From positions 68,615-132,614 of the forward strand of contig CAVXEP010000006.1 in assembly GCA_963760795.1 (NCBI GenBank): a stretch of DNA of 64,000 nucleotides, given 5' to 3'. The notes beneath the pieces are model-generated. The model worked only from the letters and a program-made list of their open reading frames with translations, had not been told where the DNA came from and ran no database searches. Both the position numbers and the translations under genes were made by a program. Source of the DNA: an uncultured delta proteobacterium (lineage in GTDB: Bacteria; Desulfobacterota; Binatia; UBA9968). Every line of letters starts with the position of its first letter. The first letter of the stretch is position 1. Below are positions 41,922 through 51,376 of this stretch, piece after piece.

Positions 41922-43931
41922 ATGAAAGATGAGGATATCGTCAGCAACCGGTCCAACAATCCGAGCTTCGAAAAGATCATCGAAGCACGCTTATCCCGGC
42001 GCGGCTTTCTTGGCGGCGGACTTGCCACCGCAGCGACCGTGGCTTTGGGCGGCGTAAGCGCGCTCCTTAAAGCCGTTCCGGCAGCGGCCCAAAAGCATGG
42101 GGGCCCTCTCTTGGGATTCGAGAGCGTGGCCGTATCTACCGCCGACACTGTCGTGGTGCCGGATGGCTACACGGCGAAAGTCTTGATCGCCTGGGGCGAT
42201 CCGGTGTCGGACGGACCGGCATTCAAGCCAGACGCCAGCAACAGCGCGGCGGACCAGGCTCTGCAGTGGGGCATGCACAATGACGGCGTGGTGTATTTCC
42301 CGATCGACGGCTCGAGCCGCGGCCTGCTGGTGCAGAACAATGAGTACACCGATGACGGCTTGCTGTTTGCCGACGGCATCGCCAGCTGGAGCGCGGAGAA
42401 AACCAGCAAGTGTCTTAATGCCCATGGCGTGTCGATCGTCGAGATCGCCAAGCGACGCGATAAGAACGACAAAAACGACAAGGACAAAAAAGGCGGCAAG
42501 CACAACAACGGCGGCGAGTGGCAGATCGTGCGTCCGTCGAAGTACGCGCGCCGCATCACCGGCCAGACGCAGATCCAGATCGGCGGCCCAGCAGCTGGCG
42601 ACGACCGGCTAAAAACCAGCGCCGATGCGACCGGCAAGTTAGTGCTCGGCACGCTCAATAACTGCGCCATGGGCTTCACGCCTTGGGGCACTTATCTCAC
42701 CTGCGAAGAGAACTTCAGCGGGTTCTTCCAAAAAACCGCTGCTAACCGCACTAATATAGAACTCCGCTACGGCATCTCCCCCTTCGGTTCGGGCTTTCGG
42801 CTGCACACCACAGAGCCGCGGTTCAACGCCGATGCCGAGCCCAATGAACCCAACCGGTTCGGCTGGGTGGTGGAGATCGATCCATTCAATCCCACGTCGA
42901 CACCGGTAAAACGCACTGCGCTCGGCCGTCTCAAGCATGAAGGCGCATGGGTGCAGGAGACCAAGCGCGGCAAGATCGTCGTTTATATGGGCGACGACGA
43001 GCGCAACGAATATATCTACCGATATGTCTCGAACCTGCCGTGGCGGGATGCGCGCCGAAAGGGGGTCAACCCACTGGACGACGGCATCCTCTACGTCGCT
43101 CGATTCAACGCCGATGGCACGGGCGATTGGCTGCCACTGACACCGGCCGATGTCCCGGCGACGCCGGACCATCCGACGGGCTGGTCGCTGAACGATATCC
43201 TAATTAACACCCGTGCCGCAGCCGATGCGGTCGGCGCGACGATGATGGATCGCCCAGAGTGGATCGATACTTTTCCGCAGGCGCTCACCGCGATCGCCAC
43301 GCTCACCAACAATAACCGCCGAGGTAGCACTCCAGCGTCGGTCAACGATCCCAACGGCACCACTATCGCCGGGTCCGCTCGTCCAGCCGTGGACACAGCG
43401 AACCCGCGCGTCATCAACAATTACGGACACATCATTACTTGGAAATACGACAGCGATTGGATCGAGCCGGACTTTGAATGGGAAATTTTCGTCCTTGCCG
43501 GCGACCCGGATGCTCTGGTACCCGATGGCTCGGATATCGACGGCGACAAGTTCGGCTCGCCTGACGGCATTTACGTGGCGCCCAGCGGCAGGCTTTGGAT
43601 TCAAACTGACGTGTCGACCTCGACGATCAACGCGGGCGCGTACGCCGGCTTTGGCCATAACCAAATGTTGTGCGCCGATCCCGAAAGCGGAGAAATTCGC
43701 CGCTTCCTGGTCGGTCCGAAACAGTGCGAAATCACCGGGGTATTCGTGACTCCGGACGAACGCGCCCTGTTCGTTGGCATCCAGCACCCAGGCGAAACAG
43801 CCGACGAGTCGCCCAACGATCCCCTCGACCCGAAGAAAAACAGCGACTGGCCCGACGGCCCAACCGGTGGCCGTCCGCGTTCGGCCTGCATCGTAATCAC
43901 CAAGGATGACGGCGGCCGCATCGGCAGCTGA
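41922..43931 (+). CDS. phoX: PhoX family alkaline phosphatase, Tat-exported
   Basis: SRRGFL twin-arginine signal, NNCA...TPWGTYLTCEEN, KHE, MDRPEW, PDG, CEITG, IQHPG. Confidence 0.95.
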   Translation: MKDEDIVSNRSNNPSFEKIIEARLSRRGFLGGGLATAATVALGGVSALLKAVPAAAQKHGGPLLGFESVAVSTADTVVVPDGYTAKVLIAWGDPVSDGPAFKPDASNSAADQALQWGMHNDGVVYFPIDGSSRGLLVQNNEYTDDGLLFADGIASWSAEKTSKCLNAHGVSIVEIAKRRDKNDKNDKDKKGGKHNNGGEWQIVRPSKYARRITGQTQIQIGGPAAGDDRLKTSADATGKLVLGTLNNCAMGFTPWGTYLTCEENFSGFFQKTAANRTNIELRYGISPFGSGFRLHTTEPRFNADAEPNEPNRFGWVVEIDPFNPTSTPVKRTALGRLKHEGAWVQETKRGKIVVYMGDDERNEYIYRYVSNLPWRDARRKGVNPLDDGILYVARFNADGTGDWLPLTPADVPATPDHPTGWSLNDILINTRAAADAVGATMMDRPEWIDTFPQALTAIATLTNNNRRGSTPASVNDPNGTTIAGSARPAVDTANPRVINNYGHIITWKYDSDWIEPDFEWEIFVLAGDPDALVPDGSDIDGDKFGSPDGIYVAPSGRLWIQTDVSTSTINAGAYAGFGHNQMLCADPESGEIRRFLVGPKQCEITGVFVTPDERALFVGIQHPGETADESPNDPLDPKKNSDWPDGPTGGRPRSACIVITKDDGGRIGS

Positions 43932-43958
43932 TCTATTTCGAAATAGTTCATTAACCTA

Positions 43959-44003
43959 TCAGAGGGTCGCGCCCCTTGGGTCATGGGGAGCGCGACTCTC
44001 TGA
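43959..44003 (+). terminator. Stem-loop downstream of phoX
   Basis: tcagagggtcgcgcccc...ggggagcgcgactctctga inverted repeat; no clear U tract. Confidence 0.45.
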
Positions 44004-44154
44004 ATCAATCGCACGACTACTCCAAGTAAAGTACGCCGCACTCGAATTGTAGAAATACCCTGGATATGGATTTGCGGCTCGCTTCCGACCTCTGCCTGAG
44101 AGTTGTTTGCCCCTCGGGCGTGATCAGCCATTTGCTTTGTCGCGGCGGCGAATC

Positions 44155-44181
44155 TTCATCAGACCGTAACTCGCGTTTAAC
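44155..44181 (+). promoter_or_regulatory. Pho-box array
   Basis: TTCAT 44155, GTAAC 44166, TTAAC 44177 (11-bp period). Confidence 0.6.
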
Positions 44182-44226
44182 CCAAGCTCGCCAACATTCC
44201 CGTCAAACACAGTTAAGGAGATAATC

Positions 44227-44784
44227 ATGGGAAAATTAGACATCGGAGCAGTGATTCAAGAGGCGATTTCACGATTCAGTCAAAACCGCATAGGCGACAA
44301 ACCGCCGGTATTCGTCACCCTCGCACCGGCGTTCACGCAGGTGCCGTGGCGCAACCAAACAGCGGAGAATTTCGTGCGCCGGTTTATTTACGAGACCCTG
44401 CTGACGAGCGATCCCGACGCGCCCATCGAAATTTCACTCAGGCGTAGAAGCCGCCTCAACGATCTCAACGCCTTCATCGGCATCAAGCCGAGCTATTGGA
44501 TTCAACTGCGCCTCAGCGGCCGCGGCATTCGCGTCGGGGAAAAATTGATTGACGAACTTTTTGGCGAACTGGGCTTTCGTGTCGAAGAATGGGTCGGCAT
44601 CGTCGGCTCGGACACCCGGCTGGGCATTTTCGGCACCATCGATGCGCCGACGCTCAAAATGGTTTTTTGTCTGGAGTCGGTGCGCCACAAACTGAAATGC
44701 GACCTGTTGCTGCCCATCGACGATGGCACCGTCGCCTCCGATCTGATTGCCAATGACCAGCAAAGCGATTCCGTGCAGCCTTAA
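44227..44784 (+). CDS. Hypothetical protein, possibly degenerate HATPase-like fold
   Basis: AAGGAG RBS, 185 aa; pattern reminiscent of HATPase_c without the N/G-box residues. Confidence 0.65.
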   Translation: MGKLDIGAVIQEAISRFSQNRIGDKPPVFVTLAPAFTQVPWRNQTAENFVRRFIYETLLTSDPDAPIEISLRRRSRLNDLNAFIGIKPSYWIQLRLSGRGIRVGEKLIDELFGELGFRVEEWVGIVGSDTRLGIFGTIDAPTLKMVFCLESVRHKLKCDLLLPIDDGTVASDLIANDQQSDSVQP

Positions 44785-44864
44785 CCGAGTGTTCTTCGCG
44801 TCGTCATTACCCGCTAATACGGCGGTCTTAAGCTATCTCCAGTAAAATCAAAAAAGGAGAACTT

Positions 44865-45407
44865 ATGAAACGCTTGAACAAAATCCTGATACCCACCGAT
44901 CTGTCGGATCACTCCCGGCGCGCCCTTACCTATGGCTATCGCCTCGCCGCGGAAGATAAAGCTTCGTTAGTCGTGCTGCATGTCGCCAACGAACTCAACA
45001 GTTGGAATCTGTCGATGGAGTTCGAACTCTACACCGGCAATCTCGGCCGGGTATGGCCGCTCGATCGCATTCTCAGCGAAGCCTCTCTCGACCTGAACAA
45101 CTTCCTGGAACCCCATCTCGCCGATCTAAAACATCTGTCGAGCGTGACCAAGCGGGTTGTCCTCGGCAACGTTCTAGAACACATTACGTCAACGGCTGAA
45201 GAAGAACATGCCGACTTGATCGTTATGTCGCCGCGGCGCAACCGCGGCCTGCGCCACTGGCTCGGCGGCGCTATCACGGATCGAATCACCCGCATGAGCC
45301 CCTGCCCGGTCTTGTCGATCACCGAGCCGCTGCCGTCGACACCTTGGCGCGGCAAATTCGCGCCGATGTTTTTTGGCTGGCCGAAGCAACGCACCGTGGA
45401 GCTTTAG
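44865..45407 (+). CDS. Universal stress protein
   Basis: KILIPTDLS, VLHV, ADLIVM, SPCPVL. Confidence 0.9.
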   Translation: MKRLNKILIPTDLSDHSRRALTYGYRLAAEDKASLVVLHVANELNSWNLSMEFELYTGNLGRVWPLDRILSEASLDLNNFLEPHLADLKHLSSVTKRVVLGNVLEHITSTAEEEHADLIVMSPRRNRGLRHWLGGAITDRITRMSPCPVLSITEPLPSTPWRGKFAPMFFGWPKQRTVEL

Positions 45408-45666
45408 CAATTTTGCGGGTTCTAGAAATCATGATCGGCGTCCAGCATCAAAGCTCACCGGCGCAGATCGCCGCTCGTGCGCCGATGGCTTTGGTGCCGG
45501 CGGCGGTGCTGACCTTGGCGACTATGACTTCGCCCATGGAACACAGGTTGGTTGAATAACTTCAGCAAACCTGCGAGTCGGCCGAGCCGGCAAACGCCGA
45601 CGCGAATCCATCACGAAATCTGCTGGCCCCAATCCCGGTTCAGTAAAGCAAAGGAGATCGCCGATC

Positions 45667-46026
45667 ATGAGACAGCGACCGCACTCGAAGCAAAACCAAA
45701 CCACCGCCAGTTCCGACGAGGTAGCGCGCCGCCCCTACACGCGGCCAATGAATCGTCTCGCCGAAGATCTGGTTAACCAGTTATGCGTGCTCAACCTTAT
45801 CGTGGCTAAGATTAGAAACCCGATGACCGATCGATCCAACTTTTTAAGTGAGTGCGATTGGCAAACCTTCGATGGTTGCCTTGGTAGGGCAAACTCACTC
45901 GGGGAGCAGATGGCGCAGCTATTGAAGCACCAGCCGGGCAAGGCTGCCGACGACATCCTGCCGCCGGTTAAACCAGAAGGACGAGTGATTCGCCTACTGC
46001 GCATGGTGCCGAAGCGGAACCGCTAA
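45667..46026 (+). CDS. Hypothetical protein, possibly degenerate HisKA-like hairpin
   Basis: LAEDLVNQLCVL resembles H-box LAHDLNNQL; start uncertain (45667 or 45748). Confidence 0.5.
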   Translation: MRQRPHSKQNQTTASSDEVARRPYTRPMNRLAEDLVNQLCVLNLIVAKIRNPMTDRSNFLSECDWQTFDGCLGRANSLGEQMAQLLKHQPGKAADDILPPVKPEGRVIRLLRMVPKRNR

Positions 46027-46078
46027 TTTTTGGTAATTCAACTCACGAACTCTTGGCATCTCTCCGGCTGGCCTCGCC

Positions 46079-46105
46079 GTAACTTATTTTTAACACAATT
46101 GTAAC
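46079..46105 (+). promoter_or_regulatory. Pho-box array upstream of ppx
   Basis: GTAAC 46079, TTAAC 46090, GTAAC 46101. Confidence 0.7.
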
Positions 46106-46149
46106 CTGACGAATGTCGGCTCTTGGCGCTTTATGATATGAAGCTGTGA

Positions 46150-47698
46150 ATGACACAGCACTTCGCAGTGGTCGACGTCGGCAGCAACGCCATGCGCTGT
46201 CAGGTGGCGGTGGTCGACAAGCCCAAACACTATCGAGTCCTCGAACAAGAGCGCCAACCGGTGCGCTTGGGCCATGATGTCTTCAAGAGCGGCAAATTGA
46301 ACCCGCAAACAGTCGAGGCAGCGCTCAAAGTCCTCGGCGATTTCAAGAAGCTCGCCGATCGATTTCACGTCAAAGCGATTCGCGCCGTTGGCACTAGCGC
46401 GTTGCGCGAAGCATCGGACAGCCGGGGATTTATCAATCGTGCCGCCAAGCTCGGCATCCCGCTCGAGGTTTTATCTGAAGAAGAGGAAGCCCGGCTCATC
46501 AGTCTCGGCATCATGAGCGGATTGCGCTTCCATCTCCCGCTCGGCCTATTCCTCGACATCGGCGGCGGCAGCGTCGAATTGGCGGTCGCCAATACCACCA
46601 ATACCTATTGCTTGTTCAGCCTGCCCTTAGGCGCCGTTCGCTTGACCGAAAAGCTCATCGCCCACGACCCACCGCGACACAAGGAAGTCAAGGAGCTGCG
46701 CGAGTATGTTCAGAGCTCGGCTCAAACCGGTGGTGCGGCGCATACACAAAGAAAAATATACCATGGCATTCGGCAGCGGCGGCACGATCACCGCTCTGGC
46801 GGAGACCGACAGCCGCATCACCGGCGATCCTAACCGCGCCGGATCGCTGATCGTACTGCGGCGCCAGCGGCTAAAAATGCTGTTGGAACTTTTGGTCAAT
46901 GAGCCCGCCGCCGAGCGCGCCAAAATGATCAGCGGCGATCCCAAACGGGCCGATATTATTATCGCCGGCGGCTTCGTGCTGCACGAGATCATGTCGGAGA
47001 TCGGCCTGGAATATATTTTCGTCTCCCGCAGGGGCCTGCGCGACGGCTTGATGGTCGACCTGCTGCAACAGCGATATTCCGAAAGCGGCCCATGGCAACC
47101 AAATGCCGACCGCGCGGAATCTTTGGATCAAGTGTGCCAGAAATATCTCTATGACGCCGCGCACGCGCACCATGTCAGCCAATTGGCGCTCAACCTCTTC
47201 TACCAGCTGCACGACCTGCACGGGTTACCGGAAAAATATGCGAGCATTCTCCATGCCGCCGCCATGCTGCACGACATCGGCCTGTTCCTCGCCGGGCCGA
47301 AGCACCATAAGCATTCCTACTATCTGATCAAGAGTTCCGGCATGAACTCGTTCAACCAACTCGATCTCGACCTGGTCGCCAACGTCGCGCGCTACCACCG
47401 CAAAGCACACCCCAGCCCAAAGCATCTGGGTTTCAGCCAGCTGTCGCCGTCAAATCAGGACATCGTTCGCAAGCTCAGCGCATTGGTCCGCGTCGCCGAT
47501 GCGTTTGACTTCAGACATGGCCAACAGGTAGATAACTTGAGCTGCACATTCAAGAAAGCTCACACATTGACCCTATCGGCAGCGTCAGCCGCCAATCTGA
47601 AGGACGAAATCCACTGGGCCGAACAAAAAGGCAAACTTATTCAAGAGGTTTTTAACGTCGATCTAATCATTGAAAAAAAGCCATCGCGTGCGCGTTAG
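46150..47698 (+). CDS. ppx: Exopolyphosphatase Ppx/GppA with HD domain, frameshifted near 46715
   Basis: DVGSN, TSALREA, EEA, DIGGGSVE, GSGGT, RADII, GLRDG, LHDIG, HHKHS. Confidence 0.9.
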
Positions 47699-47719
47699 CA
47701 TGATTTCAAGGAGAAGAAA

Positions 47720-48160
47720 ATGCGTCGAGAGATTCATGACAGAAACATCCTTTTTCTTTGCGAAGACAATACCCAACTCAGCCAGATAGCGGAGGCTGCA
47801 GCCAAACATTTATCGCCGCCGAAAACTCGTATTTTTAGTGCCGGAATCAAGCCAGGCCGGATACCGCCTTCGGTCATCAAAGCGATGAGCGAAATCGGCG
47901 TCCCAATCGCTGGCCAGAAAAGCAAAGGCCTCGCCGAGGTGCCGATCGACGAGATCGACTTGGTCGTCAGCTTCGGCGATGCCGACAAACAATGCGCCAA
48001 CTTGCCCAGACGCATCAAGATCGAACGCTGGCCGGTTACTGACGAGTTTAAGAGCAAGAAGTCCGATGCCGAAGACCTGGACGCGTTGCGCGAAGAGCGT
48101 GACGATATTAAGAAACGGGTTTTCGCCCTGTTCATGGATTATTGGCGCAACGTCGCATAG
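47720..48160 (+). CDS. Degenerate ArsC/LMW-PTP-fold protein (probable pseudo-enzyme)
   Basis: ILFLCEDNTQLSQIAE lacks P-loop Arg; SAG, MSEIG, QKSKGL conserved. Confidence 0.75.
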   Translation: MRREIHDRNILFLCEDNTQLSQIAEAAAKHLSPPKTRIFSAGIKPGRIPPSVIKAMSEIGVPIAGQKSKGLAEVPIDEIDLVVSFGDADKQCANLPRRIKIERWPVTDEFKSKKSDAEDLDALREERDDIKKRVFALFMDYWRNVA

Positions 48161-48180
48161 CCAGTTCAACCACGGAAGTG

Positions 48181-48705
48181 ATGAATCTATACTTCATGCG
48201 CCATGGCATCGCGGTCGCCGCCGATGACCCGAGCGTCAGCCATGACAATGAACGGGCGTTGACCAACAAAGGCGTTAAACGCATGCGCCGTGCCGCGCGC
48301 GGACTGCGCCGGCTCAAAATCGAGTTCGATGGAATTCTCACCAGCCCGTTCCTGCGTGCGCGCCAAACGGCAGACATCGTCGCGGCAGTTCTGGGCATGG
48401 AATCGCGTCTGGAAGAACTCACCGAACTAGCGCCGGAAAGTTCCGTGCAGCATCTGATCTTTGGCTTGACTCGCTATCAGGACCGCGACCATCTGTTGCT
48501 GGTCGGTCATCAACCACTGCTGGGGCAAACACTGGCCAGCTTGATCGACTCAAGCCGGGGAGCCAAATCCGAATTCAATCTGCGTAAAGGTTCTTTGTGC
48601 CGAGTCGAAATTGATGGTCTGCCGGCGGACAAGCCGGGAATGCTGCATTGGCTCATGACGGCCAAACAGTTGCGACTCCTGGCCGACCGTCCAACTAAGA
48701 ACTGA
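48181..48705 (+). CDS. sixA: Phosphohistidine phosphatase SixA
   Basis: MRHGIA, RALT, SPFLRARQTA, VGHQP. Confidence 0.88.
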   Translation: MNLYFMRHGIAVAADDPSVSHDNERALTNKGVKRMRRAARGLRRLKIEFDGILTSPFLRARQTADIVAAVLGMESRLEELTELAPESSVQHLIFGLTRYQDRDHLLLVGHQPLLGQTLASLIDSSRGAKSEFNLRKGSLCRVEIDGLPADKPGMLHWLMTAKQLRLLADRPTKN

Positions 48706-48712
48706 TCCCGTC

Positions 48713-49618
48713 ATGAGCGCCGTGCCAACAGATGTAGTGTCAGCGCAAAGCAAGCTGCTCAAACTGACACGAAAGCGCCTGGAAAAGTACGCCACACTGC
48801 TACCCAAAGTCCTCGTCAGCGACGATCCTGAAACGATCCATGACCTGCGCGTCTGGAGCCGCCGCTTACAACAGGCTTTGCGCGTCATCGCGCCACCGCC
48901 TCAAGGCAAAAAGAGCAAGAGATTACTCGCCGAATTGCGCCATGTCCGGCAAACCTTGGGGCCTTGCCGGGACCTCGATGTCAACATCGCCCTACTCGAG
49001 TCCAAGCGTGAGCATAACGGCACCGGCAGCGTTCAAAGGGCCTGGGAATCCATGCGGAGTGAATTAGCATCGCAACGAGGCGTCTTGCTTGACGGCATGC
49101 GGCGTGACATCGCCGGGCAAGACCTATTCAAATTCATCATCCGAGCTCAAAGTTTGATTGTGCGCGCTGAGCCCGACTTCGATCCGCTCGAACAAATTAT
49201 CAAGGCGACGGCAAAGTCGATGGACGGGTGGGAAGAATCGTTTGCGACGACGCGGGAACAGCCGAACGCCACGGCTTTGCATGCCCTGCGTATCGCCGGC
49301 AAGAAATTGCGCTACCGCGCCGAGCTATTAGCCGCCCTCGGCCAACCTAAAATGAATCCGTTGGTCAAATCCCTTAAAGAAATTCAGACCACCCTCGGCG
49401 ACTGGCATGACCGCTCGGTGCTACTGCACCATGTCGCCGAGTTCATCGGCCGGCCAAGCTTTTTGGCGGACCACCCGGACATCGGACGGATATTGCTGGC
49501 GGAAATGGAAAAAGAACGTTTGCGCAGCGACAGTGACGTGGCAAGCGTACTGCAACAGGCCGCCAAAGTGCGCGAAGCTTGGGCACTTTGGAAAGCCAGC
49601 AGCGCAGCGACTGAATGA
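48713..49618 (+). CDS. CHAD domain polyphosphate-binding protein
   Basis: IHDLRVWSRR, RDLDV, LHALRIAGKKLRY, LGDWHD. Confidence 0.9.
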   Translation: MSAVPTDVVSAQSKLLKLTRKRLEKYATLLPKVLVSDDPETIHDLRVWSRRLQQALRVIAPPPQGKKSKRLLAELRHVRQTLGPCRDLDVNIALLESKREHNGTGSVQRAWESMRSELASQRGVLLDGMRRDIAGQDLFKFIIRAQSLIVRAEPDFDPLEQIIKATAKSMDGWEESFATTREQPNATALHALRIAGKKLRYRAELLAALGQPKMNPLVKSLKEIQTTLGDWHDRSVLLHHVAEFIGRPSFLADHPDIGRILLAEMEKERLRSDSDVASVLQQAAKVREAWALWKASSAATE

Positions 49619-49633
49619 GCAGTCCTTAGGTCT

Positions 49634-50329
49634 CTAAATGCCGTTACTGGCGATGACGCTGTCGACGCGATCGCGCAAATCTTTGAACACATCTTCAACA
49701 GAACTTGAAGCGTCGATAGTACCGAAACCATAGGGTTCGACCATTTTATCGAACTCGGCTAACAGCCATTTCTGATAGCGGATGAAACTTTCGTAAAGAT
49801 CATCGCCCATGCGCAGGTCCATGCCAGACTCCCAATAATCGAATCCACCGCTCTGCAAGACTCTCGTTACCAAGTCGTCGATGTTGACCCGCAGATAGAA
49901 AATCGCATCGGGCTTCAAGGCGAAACCGTAGACCTCGCGCAACCACTCTGGGTCCATGCCGCGCACGATCGCCCGCGCCATCAGAGAGTAAATGTAACGG
50001 TCGGTCAGGACGACAAAGCCGGCGCGCAGCGCCGGGATGATTTCGTTTTCCAGACGATCGGCGAAGTCGGTGGCATAGAACAAGCTCAGAGTGATGCCGC
50101 CGAGAGTATTGCCCTCTTTAGCTTGCTTTAACCGCTTGCCAGCCAGAGCCGAGCGGGTCATGCCGGTGTCGAGCACCGCGTGGCCATGATTTTCCAGCCA
50201 CTGTTTCAACAAGCCGATATGAGTCGAGCGGCCGACACCGTCCGTGCCTTCCAGGACAATAAGCTTGCCTTTCAACTCAGCCAGGTCTATTTCCGGGAGT
50301 CCTTCGCCAAAGAAGCTAAATCGAGCCAT
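49634..50329 (-). CDS. Thymidylate-kinase-like protein, subunit 2 of tandem pair (PPK3-like candidate)
   Basis: P-loop variant EGTDGVGRST, TDRY; overlaps upstream paralog. Confidence 0.8.
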   Translation of the reverse strand: MARFSFFGEGLPEIDLAELKGKLIVLEGTDGVGRSTHIGLLKQWLENHGHAVLDTGMTRSALAGKRLKQAKEGNTLGGITLSLFYATDFADRLENEIIPALRAGFVVLTDRYIYSLMARAIVRGMDPEWLREVYGFALKPDAIFYLRVNIDDLVTRVLQSGGFDYWESGMDLRMGDDLYESFIRYQKWLLAEFDKMVEPYGFGTIDASSSVEDVFKDLRDRVDSVIASNGI

Positions 50330-51021
50330 CGTCTCACCTTGGTTTTCTTGGTTCCTTCTAAGGCCGCGGCAACAATGCGGCGCACATCGGCTTGCTGCTC
50401 TTCGATAGACCGCGTCGCATCGATGGCCACCAGGCCGAATTCGTCGACCATCTTTTCATACTCATCGATAATCTGGCTTTGGAATAACCGGAAGCTCTGT
50501 TCGATATCGTCGCTCAAACCGAGATCCATGCCGGCTTCGTAATACTTGATCGCGTCCCGCCCACCTAAAATCCGTTTCATCGAAACATCCAACGGCGTGC
50601 GAAAATAGAAAGCCACGGTTGGTTTCACCGCAAAAGCGTAAAGATCACGCACCCATTGGGGACTGACGCCGCGCACCACATCGCGGGCAAACGCCGTGTA
50701 GACATAGCGGTCGGCGAGCACCACTGCCCCGGCTTTTAATGGTGGAATAATATGATGCTCGGTGCGGTCGGCAAAGTCGGTCGCATGGATCAGGCTGAAG
50801 GTCATCGGCGTCAACATCTTTTTTTTCTTACCCCGTTTGGTGACATCGTGCACCAGCGGCGAGGAGTTCCATTCGCTGAAGTAGACCACGTAACCCTCGG
50901 ATTCCAACCACTTTTTCAACAACGAGAGCTGCGTGCTCTTACCTGATCCATCGATCCCTTCGACAATAAACAGCCGCCCCGCAAGACGGTGTTTACCGAA
51001 CATTTTCATGCTTGTGGTCAT
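50287..51021 (-). CDS. Thymidylate-kinase-like protein, subunit 1 of tandem pair (PPK3-like candidate)
   Basis: EGIDGSGKST, EWNSS, ADRY, YEAGMD. Confidence 0.82.
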   Translation of the reverse strand: MTTSMKMFGKHRLAGRLFIVEGIDGSGKSTQLSLLKKWLESEGYVVYFSEWNSSPLVHDVTKRGKKKKMLTPMTFSLIHATDFADRTEHHIIPPLKAGAVVLADRYVYTAFARDVVRGVSPQWVRDLYAFAVKPTVAFYFRTPLDVSMKRILGGRDAIKYYEAGMDLGLSDDIEQSFRLFQSQIIDEYEKMVDEFGLVAIDATRSIEEQQADVRRIVAAALEGTKKTKVRRWLDLASLAKDSRK

Positions 51022-51096
51022 GCCAGTTAACGCCTAACTCGGCGAAATCTAACAAAGCTCCTAGGCCAATTGCTAGCCCCTATGGTCCAGGACATT

Positions 51097-51112
51097 GTTA
51101 AATCTATGTTAC
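51097..51112 (-). promoter_or_regulatory. Pho box oriented toward the kinase pair
   Basis: Minus strand GTAAC-N6-TTAAC. Confidence 0.55.
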
Positions 51113-51156
51113 GGAATGGTCCGGTTTCACGGCTAAATTTCAACTTCGAACCGTTC

Positions 51157-51194
51157 TTAATCGATTCTTAACCTTGTCGTTACACTTCGGTCAC
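51157..51194 (+). promoter_or_regulatory. Distal Pho-box array upstream of pstS
   Basis: TTAAT 51157, TTAAC 51168, GTTAC 51179, GTCAC 51190. Confidence 0.7.
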
Positions 51195-51303
51195 GCCCCG
51201 ACTTTATGTTCGGCGTCAAATCGGTACGATGATCACCATTTCGCGAACCCGTTGTAAGTCTTGTTTGCGCTGCAAAAGCCCATGACCGGCTTTCACGACC
51301 GAC

Positions 51304-51341
51304 TTCACGCGACGTTAAAGGGTTTGTAACACAACCGTAAC
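51304..51341 (+). promoter_or_regulatory. Proximal Pho-box array upstream of pstS
   Basis: TTCAC 51304, TTAAA 51315, GTAAC 51326, GTAAC 51337. Confidence 0.7.
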
Positions 51342-51376
51342 ATTGGCTCACTAAACATAAGAGAGGAGAATAACCC

